DNA of 64,000 nt from an uncultured Actinomycetota bacterium (GCA_963829525.1 CAWHIJ010000003.1:2327833-2391832); one strand, 5' to 3'; positions 9,657 through 19,638 are shown, counted from the stretch's first letter. The notes: a model not told the origin generated them from the letters alone. Program-made: numbers and translations.

Positions 9657-10558
9657 CGCTCCGTGGGTGCGAGCGTAGCTGCGGCGGTGTACGGATCGGT
9701 CTCCCCTGAGACAACGTCAGCAGCGAGGCGGTCCAGTTGTTGAGCAGCATCGCTGTTGTTCAGGCCAGACCGCACTGCGGCAACAACCAGCGCCTCGATC
9801 TCGGCCCTGGCACGGAACTGGCGGCGCACCCGCAGCTCGTCGTGGTCGACGAGATGGGCCCGGTGCCGGTCGATCTCATCAAGGAGCTCGTCGATCCCCT
9901 CTCCGCGCGAGGCGACCGTCTTGAGGATCGGCGGACGCCACTCGGGTGCATCTGCCCCCTCGACGTTGCGACCAATGGCCAGCATGGAGCGCAGCTCACG
10001 CGCGGTGACGTCAGCACCGTCACGGTCAGCCTTGTTGACGCAGTACACGTTGCCGATCTCAAGGATGCCGGCCTTTGCGGCCTGGATGGCGTCGCCCATG
10101 CCTGGGGCGAGCAGAACCACCGTGGTGTCGGCCAAACCTGCAACCTCGACCTCAGATTGTCCGACACCCACCGTCTCGATCAGGACGACGTCACATCCCG
10201 CAGCGTCGAGGACGCGCACCGCTTGAGGTGCAGCCGCAGCGAGGCCACCGAGATGACCGCGGGTGGCCATCGACCGGATGAAGACTCCCGGATCGGTGGC
10301 GTGCTCCTGCATGCGCACGCGGTCACCGAGCAACGCCCCACCGGTGAACGGCGAGGAGGGGTCGACCGCCAGCACTCCGACGCGGCGTCCGGATAGGCGC
10401 AGCGCCGTCACCAGTGCTGACGTCGTCGTCGACTTCCCAACGCCCGGCGCACCCGTCAGCCCCACCACGTGCGCACGCCCGGTGAGCGGCGCCAACAGGC
10501 GAGCCAACTCGACCAACAGCGGCGACTGGTCCTCAACCAGCGAGATCAGTCGCGCCAC
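9653..10558 (-). CDS. meaB: methylmalonyl-CoA mutase-associated GTPase MeaB (ArgK, G3E family)
   Basis: P-loop GAPGVGKST, switch/G motifs (DPSSPFTGGALLGDRVRM, ETVGVGQSE, NKADR) characteristic of MeaB/ArgK. Confidence 0.85.
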   Translation of the reverse strand: MARLISLVEDQSPLLVELARLLAPLTGRAHVVGLTGAPGVGKSTTTSALVTALRLSGRRVGVLAVDPSSPFTGGALLGDRVRMQEHATDPGVFIRSMATRGHLGGLAAAAPQAVRVLDAAGCDVVLIETVGVGQSEVEVAGLADTTVVLLAPGMGDAIQAAKAGILEIGNVYCVNKADRDGADVTARELRSMLAIGRNVEGADAPEWRPPILKTVASRGEGIDELLDEIDRHRAHLVDHDELRVRRQFRARAEIEALVVAAVRSGLNNSDAAQQLDRLAADVVSGETDPYTAAATLAPTER

Positions 10559-10623
10559 CGCCCGCGCATCACCCTCGGTGGCCCTGGTGACGAGCTCGGT
10601 CGGGTCACCCGCGGGCGACCGGC

Positions 10624-11808
10624 TCAGGCCGGCACCCGAAGGATGAGGGCGTCGCCTTGCCCGCCGCCGCCGCAGAGCGCCGCCGCACCAACGCCACCAC
10701 CACGTCGCTTTAACTCCAGCGCAAGCGTCAGCGCCAACCGGGCCCCACTCATGCCGATGGGGTGGCCGAGAGCGATGGCACCCCCGTTGGGGTTCACCTT
10801 CTCTTCAGAGATGCCCAGCACCCGAGCAGACACGATGCCGACAGCGGCGAACGCCTCATTGATCTCGAGAACGTCTAGGTCGTCGACCGACAACCCCTCA
10901 CGATCCAGCGCCTTCTTGATCGCGTTCGCTGGTTGCTCGTGAAGCGATGTGTCAGGTCCCGCCACGATGCCGTGCGCTCCGATCTCGGCCAGCCAGTTCA
11001 GGCCCAGCTGCTCGGCCTTCGCCTTGCTCATCACCACGACCGCTGCGGCTCCGTCAGAGATCTGCGATGCCGAACCGGCGGTGATCGTGCCATCCTTGCG
11101 GAACGCCGGACGCAGGCGTCCCAACGACTCGACCGTGGTGTCAGCGCGGATGCCCTCATCCTCGGCGAAGACAATCGGGTCACCACGACGCTGGGGGATT
11201 TCGACCGGAACGATCTCTTCGGCGAAGATGCCGTTCTTCTGGGCCACAGCCGCCCGCTGATGCGAGCGAGCGGAGAAGGCGTCCTGCTCCTGACGGGTCA
11301 ACGAGTAGCGCTCGTTGTAGCCGTCGGTGGACGATCCCATGGGCTCGCCGTCAAACGCATCGGTCAGGCCATCGAAGGCCATCGCGTCGACCAGCTGGGT
11401 GTTGCCGTACTTGAATCCCTCGCGGGACTTCGGCAAGACGTGCGGGGCGTTGGTCATCGACTCCATGCCACCAGCCACCACGATCTGAACCTCCCCGGCG
11501 CGTATCAGCTGGTCGGCGAGGGCGATTGCGTCCAGGCCGCTGAGACACACCTTGTTTATGAGGATCGAGGGCACCGTCATGGGGATCCCGGCATCGGCGG
11601 CTGCCTTGCGCACCGGCAGCTGGCCGGCACCGGCCTGCAGAACCTGGCCCATGATCACGTAGTCAACCTGGTCGCCGCCCACCCCCGAACGTTCAAGGGC
11701 CGCCTTGATGGCCACCGACCCCAGCTCCGCGGCAGTGAAGCCCTTGAGTGATCCCAGCAGGCGCCCCATTGGGGTACGCGCGCCGGTAACGATGACAGAC
11801 GAGGTCAT
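10624..11808 (-). CDS. acetyl-CoA C-acetyltransferase (thiolase II)
   Basis: start taken at internal ATG 11808 ([16 protein letters not shown]); thiolase N- and C-terminal blocks ([12 protein letters not shown]-terminal [10 protein letters not shown]). Confidence 0.85.
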   Translation of the reverse strand: MTSSVIVTGARTPMGRLLGSLKGFTAAELGSVAIKAALERSGVGGDQVDYVIMGQVLQAGAGQLPVRKAAADAGIPMTVPSILINKVCLSGLDAIALADQLIRAGEVQIVVAGGMESMTNAPHVLPKSREGFKYGNTQLVDAMAFDGLTDAFDGEPMGSSTDGYNERYSLTRQEQDAFSARSHQRAAVAQKNGIFAEEIVPVEIPQRRGDPIVFAEDEGIRADTTVESLGRLRPAFRKDGTITAGSASQISDGAAAVVVMSKAKAEQLGLNWLAEIGAHGIVAGPDTSLHEQPANAIKKALDREGLSVDDLDVLEINEAFAAVGIVSARVLGISEEKVNPNGGAIALGHPIGMSGARLALTLALELKRRGGGVGAAALCGGGGQGDALILRVPA

Positions 11809-12017
11809 GGACTGACCCTCCCATCCGAGACACGGAAATCTTAGGTACGGGTGATCGCTGCCCAGCCTAGGGCAGCATGGCGACAGCCCAGGCGACAACC
11901 CAGGCGATGGTCCTCGGATCAGTTGTCCGGGGTGAGATAGACCCCCGGCACGCTTCCGCAGCCGTGCCCTGCCACGATGTCATCCGGACCTCGACTCCAC
12001 CGAGAGGGGATCTGGAG

Positions 12018-12461
12018 ATGGCATCAGCCACCCTGACCAACCTGTTCACCGCGATCGACCACGTCGGCGTCGCCGTCAGCGACCTCGACGAGGCCATCGC
12101 CTACTACCGCGACGTCTTCGGCATGCAGCTGGCGCATGAGGAAAGCAACCCCGATCAAGGGGTGCGCGAGGCGATGATGAGCGTCGGTGACTCCGGCTCC
12201 TATGTGCAGCTGCTCGCGCCACTGTCGCCAGACTCACCGATCGGCAAGTTCCTCGACCGCAGTGGCCCGGGGCTGCAGCAGGTGGCCTATCGCGTCGATG
12301 ACATCGCGGCTGTCAGCGCGATCCTCCGTGAACGCGGTTGCCGGCTGCTCTACGACGAACCGCGTCCAGGCACGGCCGGCGCTGTGATCAACTTCGTCCA
12401 TCCCAAGGACGCCGGTGGCGTCCTGCTCGAACTCGTGCAGCCGCCGAAGTCGGCCCACTAG
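12018..12461 (+). CDS. mce: methylmalonyl-CoA (ethylmalonyl-CoA) epimerase, VOC/glyoxalase family
   Basis: 147 aa from ATG 12018 with RBS gagggga; IDHVGVAVSDLDEAIAYYRDVFG and FVHPKDAGGVLLELVQ blocks typical of Mce. Confidence 0.7.
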   Translation: MASATLTNLFTAIDHVGVAVSDLDEAIAYYRDVFGMQLAHEESNPDQGVREAMMSVGDSGSYVQLLAPLSPDSPIGKFLDRSGPGLQQVAYRVDDIAAVSAILRERGCRLLYDEPRPGTAGAVINFVHPKDAGGVLLELVQPPKSAH

Positions 12462-12498
12462 AGTCCTGACCCTGCGACCATCCGTCCCGGAGGCCGAC

Positions 12499-13845
12499 GT
12501 GCAGCCCATGCAGCAGATCATTGACGCCATCACCTCAAGCGAGGCGTCGTCTGACGACTTCGCGGCTCTCGAGGTTCCCGAGTCGTACACCGGGGCGCTT
12601 CTCCGCCAGGAGGACGAGAAGATGTTCGAGGGCGTGCCAACCTTCGACCGCGACCCGCGCAAGTCGCTGCGTATCGAGGACGTTCCGGTCCCCGAGGTCG
12701 GACCCGGCGAGGCCCTCATCGCGGTCATGGCCTCGTCGATCAACTACAACACCGTCTGGTCGAGCATCTTCGAACCCGTGTCTACCTTCGGATTCCTGCG
12801 CCGCTACGGACGCACGTCTCCCCTGGCCAAGCGTCATGACCTGCCCTACCACGTCATCGGGTCCGACCTGTCCGGCGTTGTTCTGCGCACCGGTCCAGGC
12901 GTCCACGTCTGGCACCCAGGCGACGAAGTCGTCGCACACTGCCAGTCGGTCGAGCTGGAGAGCCCGCTCGGTCACAACGACACCATGCTCGACCCCGAGC
13001 AGCGGATCTGGGGCTTTGAGACAAACTTCGGTGGGCTTGCGCAGCTGGCTTTGGTCAAGTCGAACCAGCTGCTCGAAAAGCCGGCCCACCTCAACTGGGA
13101 GGAAGCCGCGTCGCCCGGTCTGGTCAACAGCACCGCTTACCGCCAGCTGGTCAGTCGCAATGGCGCGGGCATGAAGCAGGGGGACATCGTCCTGATCTGG
13201 GGAGCGAGCGGTGGCCTCGGCTCCTACGCCACTCAGATGGCGCTCAACGGAGGAGCCACGCCTGTCTGCATCGTGTCGTCCCCTGAGAAGGCCGAGATCG
13301 TCCGCAGCATGGGCGCCGATCTCATCATCGACCGCAGCGCAGAGAGCTACCGGTTCTGGAAGGACGAGTCCACCCAGGATCCGTCGGAGTGGAAAAGATT
13401 CGGTAGCAAGATTCGCGAGCTCACCGGTGGCGACGACGTCGACATCGTCTTCGAACACCCTGGACGGGAGACCTTTGGCGCGAGCGTCTACGTCGCGCGC
13501 AAGGGCGGGACGATCGTCACGTGCGCGTCGACCTCCGGTTACATGCACGAGTACGACAACAGGTACTTCTGGATGAACCTTAAGCGCATTGTCGGATCAC
13601 ACTTTGCCAACTACCGCGAGGCATGGGAGGCCAACCGCCTCATCCAGCGTGGCAAGATCCACCCGACGCTGTCGAAGTCCTACCCCCTCGTCGAGACCGG
13701 TCAGGCCGCCTTCGAGGTGCACCGCAACATGCACCAGGGAAAGGTCGGCGTGCTGTGCCTGGCGCCTGAAGAAGGGCTCGGAGTCCGTGACCCCGAACTT
13801 CGTGCCAAGCACCTGGACGCGATCAACCGCTTCCGCGAGAAGTAG
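12499..13845 (+). CDS. ccr: crotonyl-CoA carboxylase/reductase
   Basis: near-colinear similarity to Streptomyces Ccr (DPRKSLRIEDVPVPEVGPGEALIAVMASSINYNTVWSSIFEP...HPGRETFGASVYVARKGGTIVTCASTSGYMHEYDNRYFWM); GTG start at 12499 is 5 nt after ggagg. Confidence 0.9.
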   Translation: MQPMQQIIDAITSSEASSDDFAALEVPESYTGALLRQEDEKMFEGVPTFDRDPRKSLRIEDVPVPEVGPGEALIAVMASSINYNTVWSSIFEPVSTFGFLRRYGRTSPLAKRHDLPYHVIGSDLSGVVLRTGPGVHVWHPGDEVVAHCQSVELESPLGHNDTMLDPEQRIWGFETNFGGLAQLALVKSNQLLEKPAHLNWEEAASPGLVNSTAYRQLVSRNGAGMKQGDIVLIWGASGGLGSYATQMALNGGATPVCIVSSPEKAEIVRSMGADLIIDRSAESYRFWKDESTQDPSEWKRFGSKIRELTGGDDVDIVFEHPGRETFGASVYVARKGGTIVTCASTSGYMHEYDNRYFWMNLKRIVGSHFANYREAWEANRLIQRGKIHPTLSKSYPLVETGQAAFEVHRNMHQGKVGVLCLAPEEGLGVRDPELRAKHLDAINRFREK

Positions 13846-13851
13846 GTCGGC

Positions 13852-14592
13852 TCACCCGTCCACGCGGCGCATCAGGCGTCGCAGTGCCGACGCCACCTCA
13901 GCAGGGGCCTCGAGCGGAGTGAGGTGTCCAGCATTGGCGACGACGACGAGTTCACCGTCGGACAGAACCGCGGCCATCGCCTCCGCGTCAGAAGGTGGCG
14001 AAAGGACGTCTTCAGCGCCCACTGCGACGAGTGCGGGAACATCGATCGCGGCGAGAGTCGGCACCGAGTCGGGCCGCACCGCCATGGCCAACTGCGCCCA
14101 GGCGGCTGCGGCAGGGGGTGCAGCACTCACCGATGCTCGTACGGACGCAGCAAGCTCTGGCCGCTGCGCGTGCGTCGTGGCCCCCAGCAACTTTGGGTAG
14201 ACGTTCTCGAGCAGCGGCACAGTAGTCGCTTGGTCGCGCATGACACGTGCCATGGCGCGGCGTCCCGCTGCCGCCGACTCAGCGTCGGCCGACGCCTTGG
14301 TATCGATCAGCGCCAGCCCGGCGACTCGTTCGCGATAGCGGCGACAGAAGGCCATTGCGGTGTAGCCACCCATCGACGTGCCGCCGATGACGACGCGGTC
14401 AAGAGCTGCTGCATCGAGTTCTCGCGCAACGTGGTCGGCATAGACATCGAGACTCGGCTCGAGATCAGGCACGCTCGAGCCACCAAACCCTGGCAGGTTC
14501 GGTGTGAGCAGTCTCCCGTTGAAAGCTGCTGCCACGTCGGCGTACATCGCGGCGTTCAACGGGAAGGCGTGCAGCAAGACCAATGGTGTCAT
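13852..14592 (-). CDS. alpha/beta-fold hydrolase
   Basis: nucleophile elbow GTSMGG, 246 aa. Confidence 0.6.
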   Translation of the reverse strand: MTPLVLLHAFPLNAAMYADVAAAFNGRLLTPNLPGFGGSSVPDLEPSLDVYADHVARELDAAALDRVVIGGTSMGGYTAMAFCRRYRERVAGLALIDTKASADAESAAAGRRAMARVMRDQATTVPLLENVYPKLLGATTHAQRPELAASVRASVSAAPPAAAAWAQLAMAVRPDSVPTLAAIDVPALVAVGAEDVLSPPSDAEAMAAVLSDGELVVVANAGHLTPLEAPAEVASALRRLMRRVDG

Positions 14593-14607
14593 GGTGTTGA
14601 GGACCTC

Positions 14608-15684
14608 TCAGGGACTGGCTGACAGGACGACGAACCCTGCGAAGAGCACCAGGTGCACGCCGCCCTGCATCACGGTGGACCTGCCCGGAGTAATGGTCAA
14701 GGCTGCCACGAACATCGTGATCGCGAGTAGCACGACCTGAACAGGCGCAAGACCGAGGAGCAGCGGGGTATCGATGATCTCTGACAACACCGCGATCACG
14801 GGAATCGTCAGCCCGATACTCGCCATTGCCGAGCCCAGCGCGAGATTCAGGCTGGCCTGCATCTGGTTGCCCCACGCCGCGCGAACAGCCGCTGCTCCCT
14901 CGGGAAGCAGGATCAAGAAGGCGATCACCACACCGACGAAGGATGCAGGGAGTCCGGCGGCATCGATCCCTTCCTCGATGTTGGGCGAGACGGTCTTTGC
15001 CAACCCCACGACGGCGACCAGTGCCACCACGAGCAACACCAGACTTGTCACGGCTTCCCTTGCACCGGGCGAGCTGGCGACGAGGGCATCATCTCGATCA
15101 TCGGTGGCATCGTCCGATACGAAGTAGTCGCGATGGCGGATCGCTTGCACGAAGACGAAGAGCCCGTAGAGGGAGAGCGACGCCAAGGATGCGTAGGCGA
15201 GCTGTCCACCGCTCAGCGTCGGCCCCGAAGTCGTTGTCGTGTAGGCAGGAACCACAAGAGTCAAGGTGGCCAGGGCAGCTACTGTCGCGAGCGCTGCGCC
15301 AGAGCCTTCTGCGTTGAACGTGGGGATGTGGTGTCGAAACGCCGCCGTCAGAAGCGCCACTCCGATGATCCCGTTGCAGGTGATCATGACGGCCGAGAAG
15401 ACGGTGTCCCGAGCCAAGGATGAAGGCTCAGGCCCAGCCGAGACCATCACTGCGACGATGAGGGCCACCTCGATCACGGTGACGGCCACCGCAAGGATCA
15501 ACGTCCCGAACGGTTCGCCGACACGGTGGGCGACGATCTCGGCGTGGTACACGGCAGCGACGATCGTTACCGCAAGCAGCGCGACATCGACGCCAAGGGT
15601 CAACCCGTTGAGCGGACGGTCCCACGACACGACGAGGGCGACCAACGCCGCCCAAGGCGCCACAAAGGCAAGGCGCCGGATCAC
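14608..15684 (-). CDS. chaA: Ca2+/H+ antiporter (ChaA/CaCA family)
   Basis: similarity to E. coli ChaA (AHRVGEPFGTLILAVAVTVIEVALI, paired alpha-repeat regions); GTG start at 15684 overlaps the stop of the upstream gene (GTGA). Confidence 0.75.
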   Translation of the reverse strand: MIRRLAFVAPWAALVALVVSWDRPLNGLTLGVDVALLAVTIVAAVYHAEIVAHRVGEPFGTLILAVAVTVIEVALIVAVMVSAGPEPSSLARDTVFSAVMITCNGIIGVALLTAAFRHHIPTFNAEGSGAALATVAALATLTLVVPAYTTTTSGPTLSGGQLAYASLASLSLYGLFVFVQAIRHRDYFVSDDATDDRDDALVASSPGAREAVTSLVLLVVALVAVVGLAKTVSPNIEEGIDAAGLPASFVGVVIAFLILLPEGAAAVRAAWGNQMQASLNLALGSAMASIGLTIPVIAVLSEIIDTPLLLGLAPVQVVLLAITMFVAALTITPGRSTVMQGGVHLVLFAGFVVLSASP

Positions 15685-16409
15685 GGGGCATCCTCCTCGC
15701 GCCACTCGGTGGGCAGCTTGACCGGACGTCCCAACGCGACGGACGCGACGACGTTGAGCACCTGGCTGACGTAGTTCTCCCCCACCCAGAGGTGCTTGGC
15801 CCCTTCGACGCCGATCACCGTGGCCGTCGGCACCACCGCAAATCGCTGGCGGGCCTCGTCCGGGCGCAAGTAGTCGTCGAGCTCGGGAACCAGGACTGTC
15901 ATGGGGATGCGGCTGTCCGCCCAAGCTGCAAGCTCAACCTCGGAGGTGTAGCGAAGGGCCGGCGACAACAGCACCACCGAATCCACGCCGGTCTGACGCC
16001 CGTACTTGAGCACGAGGTCGGTCCCAAACGACCAGCCGAGAAGTACGACGGGAGGTGCACCCAGATCGAGCCCGGCCGCCATCGCGGCATCGACATCGAA
16101 CCGCTCACCACGAGCCTCGTCGAAGATGCCTTCGCTCGTGCCGTGGGGCGAGGTCGTCCCACGCGTGTTGAAGCGCAGCACGGCGATGTCGGCCAGGGCC
16201 GGTAGCCGGAGGGATGCCTTCCGGATCACGTGCGAGTCCATGAACCCCCCAGCCGTCGGCAGCGGATGAAACGTCACGAGCGTTGCAGCGGGAGCAGCGT
16301 CCAGGGGAATCGACCACTCCGCAACGAGATCAAGACCATCGCCTGTGTGCAGGGTGAACACGTCACGACGAGCCGGAAGCTCAGTGTTGGATCGGATTTC
16401 GACCGTCAT
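15681..16409 (-). CDS. alpha/beta hydrolase (dienelactone-hydrolase-like)
   Basis: GWSFG nucleophile motif; start assumed at ATG 16409 (MTVEIRS). Confidence 0.55.
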   Translation of the reverse strand: MTVEIRSNTELPARRDVFTLHTGDGLDLVAEWSIPLDAAPAATLVTFHPLPTAGGFMDSHVIRKASLRLPALADIAVLRFNTRGTTSPHGTSEGIFDEARGERFDVDAAMAAGLDLGAPPVVLLGWSFGTDLVLKYGRQTGVDSVVLLSPALRYTSEVELAAWADSRIPMTVLVPELDDYLRPDEARQRFAVVPTATVIGVEGAKHLWVGENYVSQVLNVVASVALGRPVKLPTEWREEDAP

Positions 16410-16681
16410 CGCGGACCGCGACGATCGCGCGCGTTCCAGCACGTCGTGTGCCAGTGACGGCGCCGGTCGATTCCGTCACCGACGATGGCGGTCTCGGGCC
16501 AGACCACCATGTGCGGTGTGGCAGGAGGGATCAGCTGGTCGCAGCCAGGGCACCGGTAAGGCTTGGTCGACGACGAACCGCGAATCGGCCGGACCACCCA
16601 GGGCTCCCCCTGCCAGTCGACTGTCGTCTCGACGGCCGACACCGGTTTGGTCGGTCGCGACTTCGGCCGGCGCTTACTCAT
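16406..16681 (-). CDS. small conserved protein with CPGC...H...C zinc-ribbon-like motif
   Basis: 91 aa, basic N-terminus, YRCPGCDQ ... HWHTTC; 4-nt overlap with the downstream gene. Confidence 0.4.
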   Translation of the reverse strand: MSKRRPKSRPTKPVSAVETTVDWQGEPWVVRPIRGSSSTKPYRCPGCDQLIPPATPHMVVWPETAIVGDGIDRRRHWHTTCWNARDRRGPR

Positions 16682-16684
16682 GGA

Positions 16685-17557
16685 TCAGGCGTAGACGCGG
16701 AACCCGCGCGTCGACTTCCGGCCGAGGTACCCGGCGGTGACGAGGTGTTCGAGCAAAGGCGCGGGAGCGTACCCAGGCTCACGGAACTCGAGGTAAAGCG
16801 TCCGCTGAATGGCCAGTGCGACGTCTAGCCCCACGACATCGAGCAGCTCGAACGGCCCCATCGGATATCCGCAGCCGACCTTCATCGCATTGTCGATGTC
16901 GTCAGCGGTCGCGTAGTGCGCCTCAAGCATCCGCACTGCATCATTCAAGTACGGGAAGAGCAGAGCGTTGACGATGAACCCGGCACGGTCGCCACACGTG
17001 ACCGGATGCTTGCCGACCCGCTCGCAGACCTGGCGGACCGTCTCGACCACCTCGGGGCCGGTGTTGATGGTGTGCACCACCTCGACCAGCTTCATCACCG
17101 GCGCCGGGTTGAAGAAATGCATACCGACGACGTCCCTCATCCGGGCTGTCGACGCCGCGATCTCGACGATGGGCAGACTCGAGGTGGTGGTTGCCAAGAT
17201 CGCGCCGGGCTTGGCTAGCTCGTCCAGCGTGGCGAAGATCGCCTGCTTGACCGAAAGCTCCTCAACTGTCGCCTCCAGGAAGAGGTCGCAGTCAGCGAGG
17301 TCATCGAAGGAGGTACTGCCGCTGAAACGTCCGAGTGCGGCATCGCGCTCCTCCTCGGTGATCTTCCCTCTGACGACGGCTTTCTCCAGGGATTTGCCTA
17401 TAGAGAGCCGCGCCTTGTCGATCTGCTCCGTACCGCGCGCGCGAAGCACCACGTCGTACCCGGCCTTGCAGAAAACCTCAGCGATCCCCACGGCCATCGT
17501 TCCTGAGCCAACAACTCCGACCCGTTGGATGGGACGCGGCCTCTGAGCCATCGCCAT
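16685..17557 (-). CDS. hbd: 3-hydroxybutyryl-CoA dehydrogenase (3-hydroxyacyl-CoA dehydrogenase, NAD-binding)
   Basis: Rossmann VGVVGSGTMAVGIAEV, HFFNPAPVMKLVEVV, C-terminal GRKSTRGFRVY. Confidence 0.85.
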   Translation of the reverse strand: MAMAQRPRPIQRVGVVGSGTMAVGIAEVFCKAGYDVVLRARGTEQIDKARLSIGKSLEKAVVRGKITEEERDAALGRFSGSTSFDDLADCDLFLEATVEELSVKQAIFATLDELAKPGAILATTTSSLPIVEIAASTARMRDVVGMHFFNPAPVMKLVEVVHTINTGPEVVETVRQVCERVGKHPVTCGDRAGFIVNALLFPYLNDAVRMLEAHYATADDIDNAMKVGCGYPMGPFELLDVVGLDVALAIQRTLYLEFREPGYAPAPLLEHLVTAGYLGRKSTRGFRVYA

Positions 17558-18462
17558 TCGGCACCGGTGTCTGTGCATCGGCGACGAAAGCCGGTGACCC
17601 CGGTGCCTCGTAGGTGTAGAAGCCGCGTCCGGTCTTGCGACCCTTCACGCCGGCCGTCACCATCTGCTTGATGATCGGAGCAGGGGCGTGGAGGCGGTCA
17701 CGCGTCTGCTTGTACATCGTGTCGAGGATCTCGTAGGCGGTATCGAGCCCGATCAGGTCGAGCAGCGCGAGGGGTCCCATCGGAAGGCCGCAGCCCAGCT
17801 TCATCGCGGCATCGATGTCTTCACGCGTCGCGTAGCGCTGCTCATACATCGCAGCGGCATGGTTGAGGTAGCCGAAGAGAAGCGCGTTGGCGATGAAGCC
17901 TGCCTTGTCGCCCACGACGACGGGAACCTTGCCGAGTCGCTCGCTGAGCGCTTTGACGTCGTCGATCACCTGGGCGTCAGTGACGACGGTGCGGATGACC
18001 TCGACGAGCTTCAGAACCGGAGCCGGGTTGAAGAAGTGCATGCCGACCACCTGGGCCGGCCGATGCGTCGCCACCGAGATCTCGGTGACCGACAACGACG
18101 AGGTGTTTGTGGCGAGGATCGCGTCGGGGGCCGTGATCCGGTCGAGCTCGGCGAAGATCTGCTGCTTGAGCTCAAGCTTCTCTGGTACTGCCTCGACCAC
18201 CAGGTGGCAGTCCGCCAGGTCCTCCAGCGACGAGGTAAAGGTGATCCGGTCAAAGATCGCCTGCTTCTCCTCTTCCGAGAGCTTGCCGCGCTTGACCGCT
18301 CGCGAGGTGGACGTCTCGACGTGCTCGATGCCACTGGGCAATGCGCGACTCGTCACGCTCGACGGCGACGACCTCGAGGCCGTTGCGTGCGAACACTTCC
18401 GAGATGCCCGCTCCCATGGTGCCGAGGCCGACAACCCCGACCCGGGTGAACTCACGTGCCAT
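17478..18462 (-). pseudogene. second tandem 3-hydroxybutyryl-CoA dehydrogenase paralog, reading frame broken by a 1-nt frameshift near 18345
   Basis: N-terminus (VGVVGLGTMGAGISEVFARNGLEVVAVE) is in the ORF 18250-18462, the rest (IEHVETSTSRAVKRGK...GRKTGRGFYTY) is in the +1 frame; the 3' end overlaps the next hbd gene by 80 nt; may be a sequencing artefact. Confidence 0.7.
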
Positions 18463-18587
18463 GACCTACTCCTGTGCTGCAACCTGCCGGGACTGGGCCC
18501 GGAGCGAGAGCGCGTCAGGCATGACGCCGCCACGACGATCCTCCCACCCCCACGTCAGGTTGGCTGGACCCCGGGTAGCGTGATGGC

Positions 18588-19266
18588 GTGCGCCTGGTCA
18601 TTGCCCTTTGCAGCGTGGATTACGTGGGCCGACTCAACGCCCATCTGCCCATGGCAATGCGTCTCATTCTGGTCAAGTCCGACGGATCGGTGTCGATCCA
18701 CGCCGACGACCGGGCGTACAAGCCGCTCAACTGGATGAGCCCCCCGTGCCGCACGACCTTTGACGTTGACGACGCCGGGATCGGCACCTGGGTAGTCAGC
18801 CATACCAAGACGGGTGACCAGCTGACGATCACGATCGAAGAGGTCCTCCACGACAGCGAGCACGAGCTCGGCATCGATCCCGGTCTGCAGAAGGACGGGG
18901 TCGAAGCCCACCTGCAGGCGCTCCTCGCTGAGCACATCGAGTCGATCGGCAAGGGGTGGACGCTCATCCGGCGCGAGTACGGAACGGCCATCGGACCGGT
19001 GGACATCATGGCGCGTGACGCCGATGGCGCGTCCGTTGCCATCGAGATCAAGCGGCGCGGCGACATCGACGGCGTTGAACAGCTCACCCGGTACCTCGAA
19101 CTCCTCAACCGCGATCCGCTCTTGGCTCCGGTTCGTGGAGTGTTCGCCGCTCAGGAGATCAAGCCACAGGCCAAGGTCTTGGCTAACGACCGCGGAATTC
19201 GAGTGCTTCACCCTCGACTACGACGCCCTCCGCGGCCGTGACAAGCCCGAGGATCGGCTCTTCTGA
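18588..19266 (+). CDS. nucS: endonuclease NucS (EndoMS, mismatch-specific), C-terminus displaced by a 1-nt frameshift near 19205
   Basis: near-identity to mycobacterial NucS (MRLVIA.C.VDY.GRL.AHLP...[11 protein letters not shown]...[17 protein letters not shown]...[24 protein letters not shown]); the conserved C-terminal tail [17 protein letters not shown] is read in the +1 frame ending at 19266, while the in-frame ORF stops at 19241. Confidence 0.8.
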
Positions 19267-19330
19267 CTTCTCCGCAGACGGCTGGCCACTCACGAGCAGC
19301 AGCCGGTCAGCACGCCCTACATTGGCCGAT

Positions 19331-19495
19331 ATGCCAAACGACCCGAATCTCGAACGCAGGATGAACCGGCTCGAGAACGAGACCGTCGCGATCTACGAAC
19401 TGATCGACGACTTCCGCAGCGAAACACGGACCCGCTTCGACCGGATAGAGACCACCCTGGGTGAGGTACTACAACGACTCCCCGAACCAACCTGA
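19331..19495 (+). CDS. small hypothetical coiled-coil protein
   Basis: 54 aa from ATG 19331 (MPNDPNLERRMNRLENE...); position equivalent to small hypothetical genes after nucS in mycobacteria; weak. Confidence 0.3.
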   Translation: MPNDPNLERRMNRLENETVAIYELIDDFRSETRTRFDRIETTLGEVLQRLPEPT

Positions 19496-19638
19496 CAGGC
19501 CAACCCCAGAACGCGACAGTCAGATCGCGGCCAGACCCGGCACCTCGAGCTCCTCAACCGCCATCTGCTGCCGAGCAGACGCTCTGCTCCCTGCCGAACG
19601 GCTCTTGCGCAGCCCAGGAGGATCCGTAGGCTGAGCGC

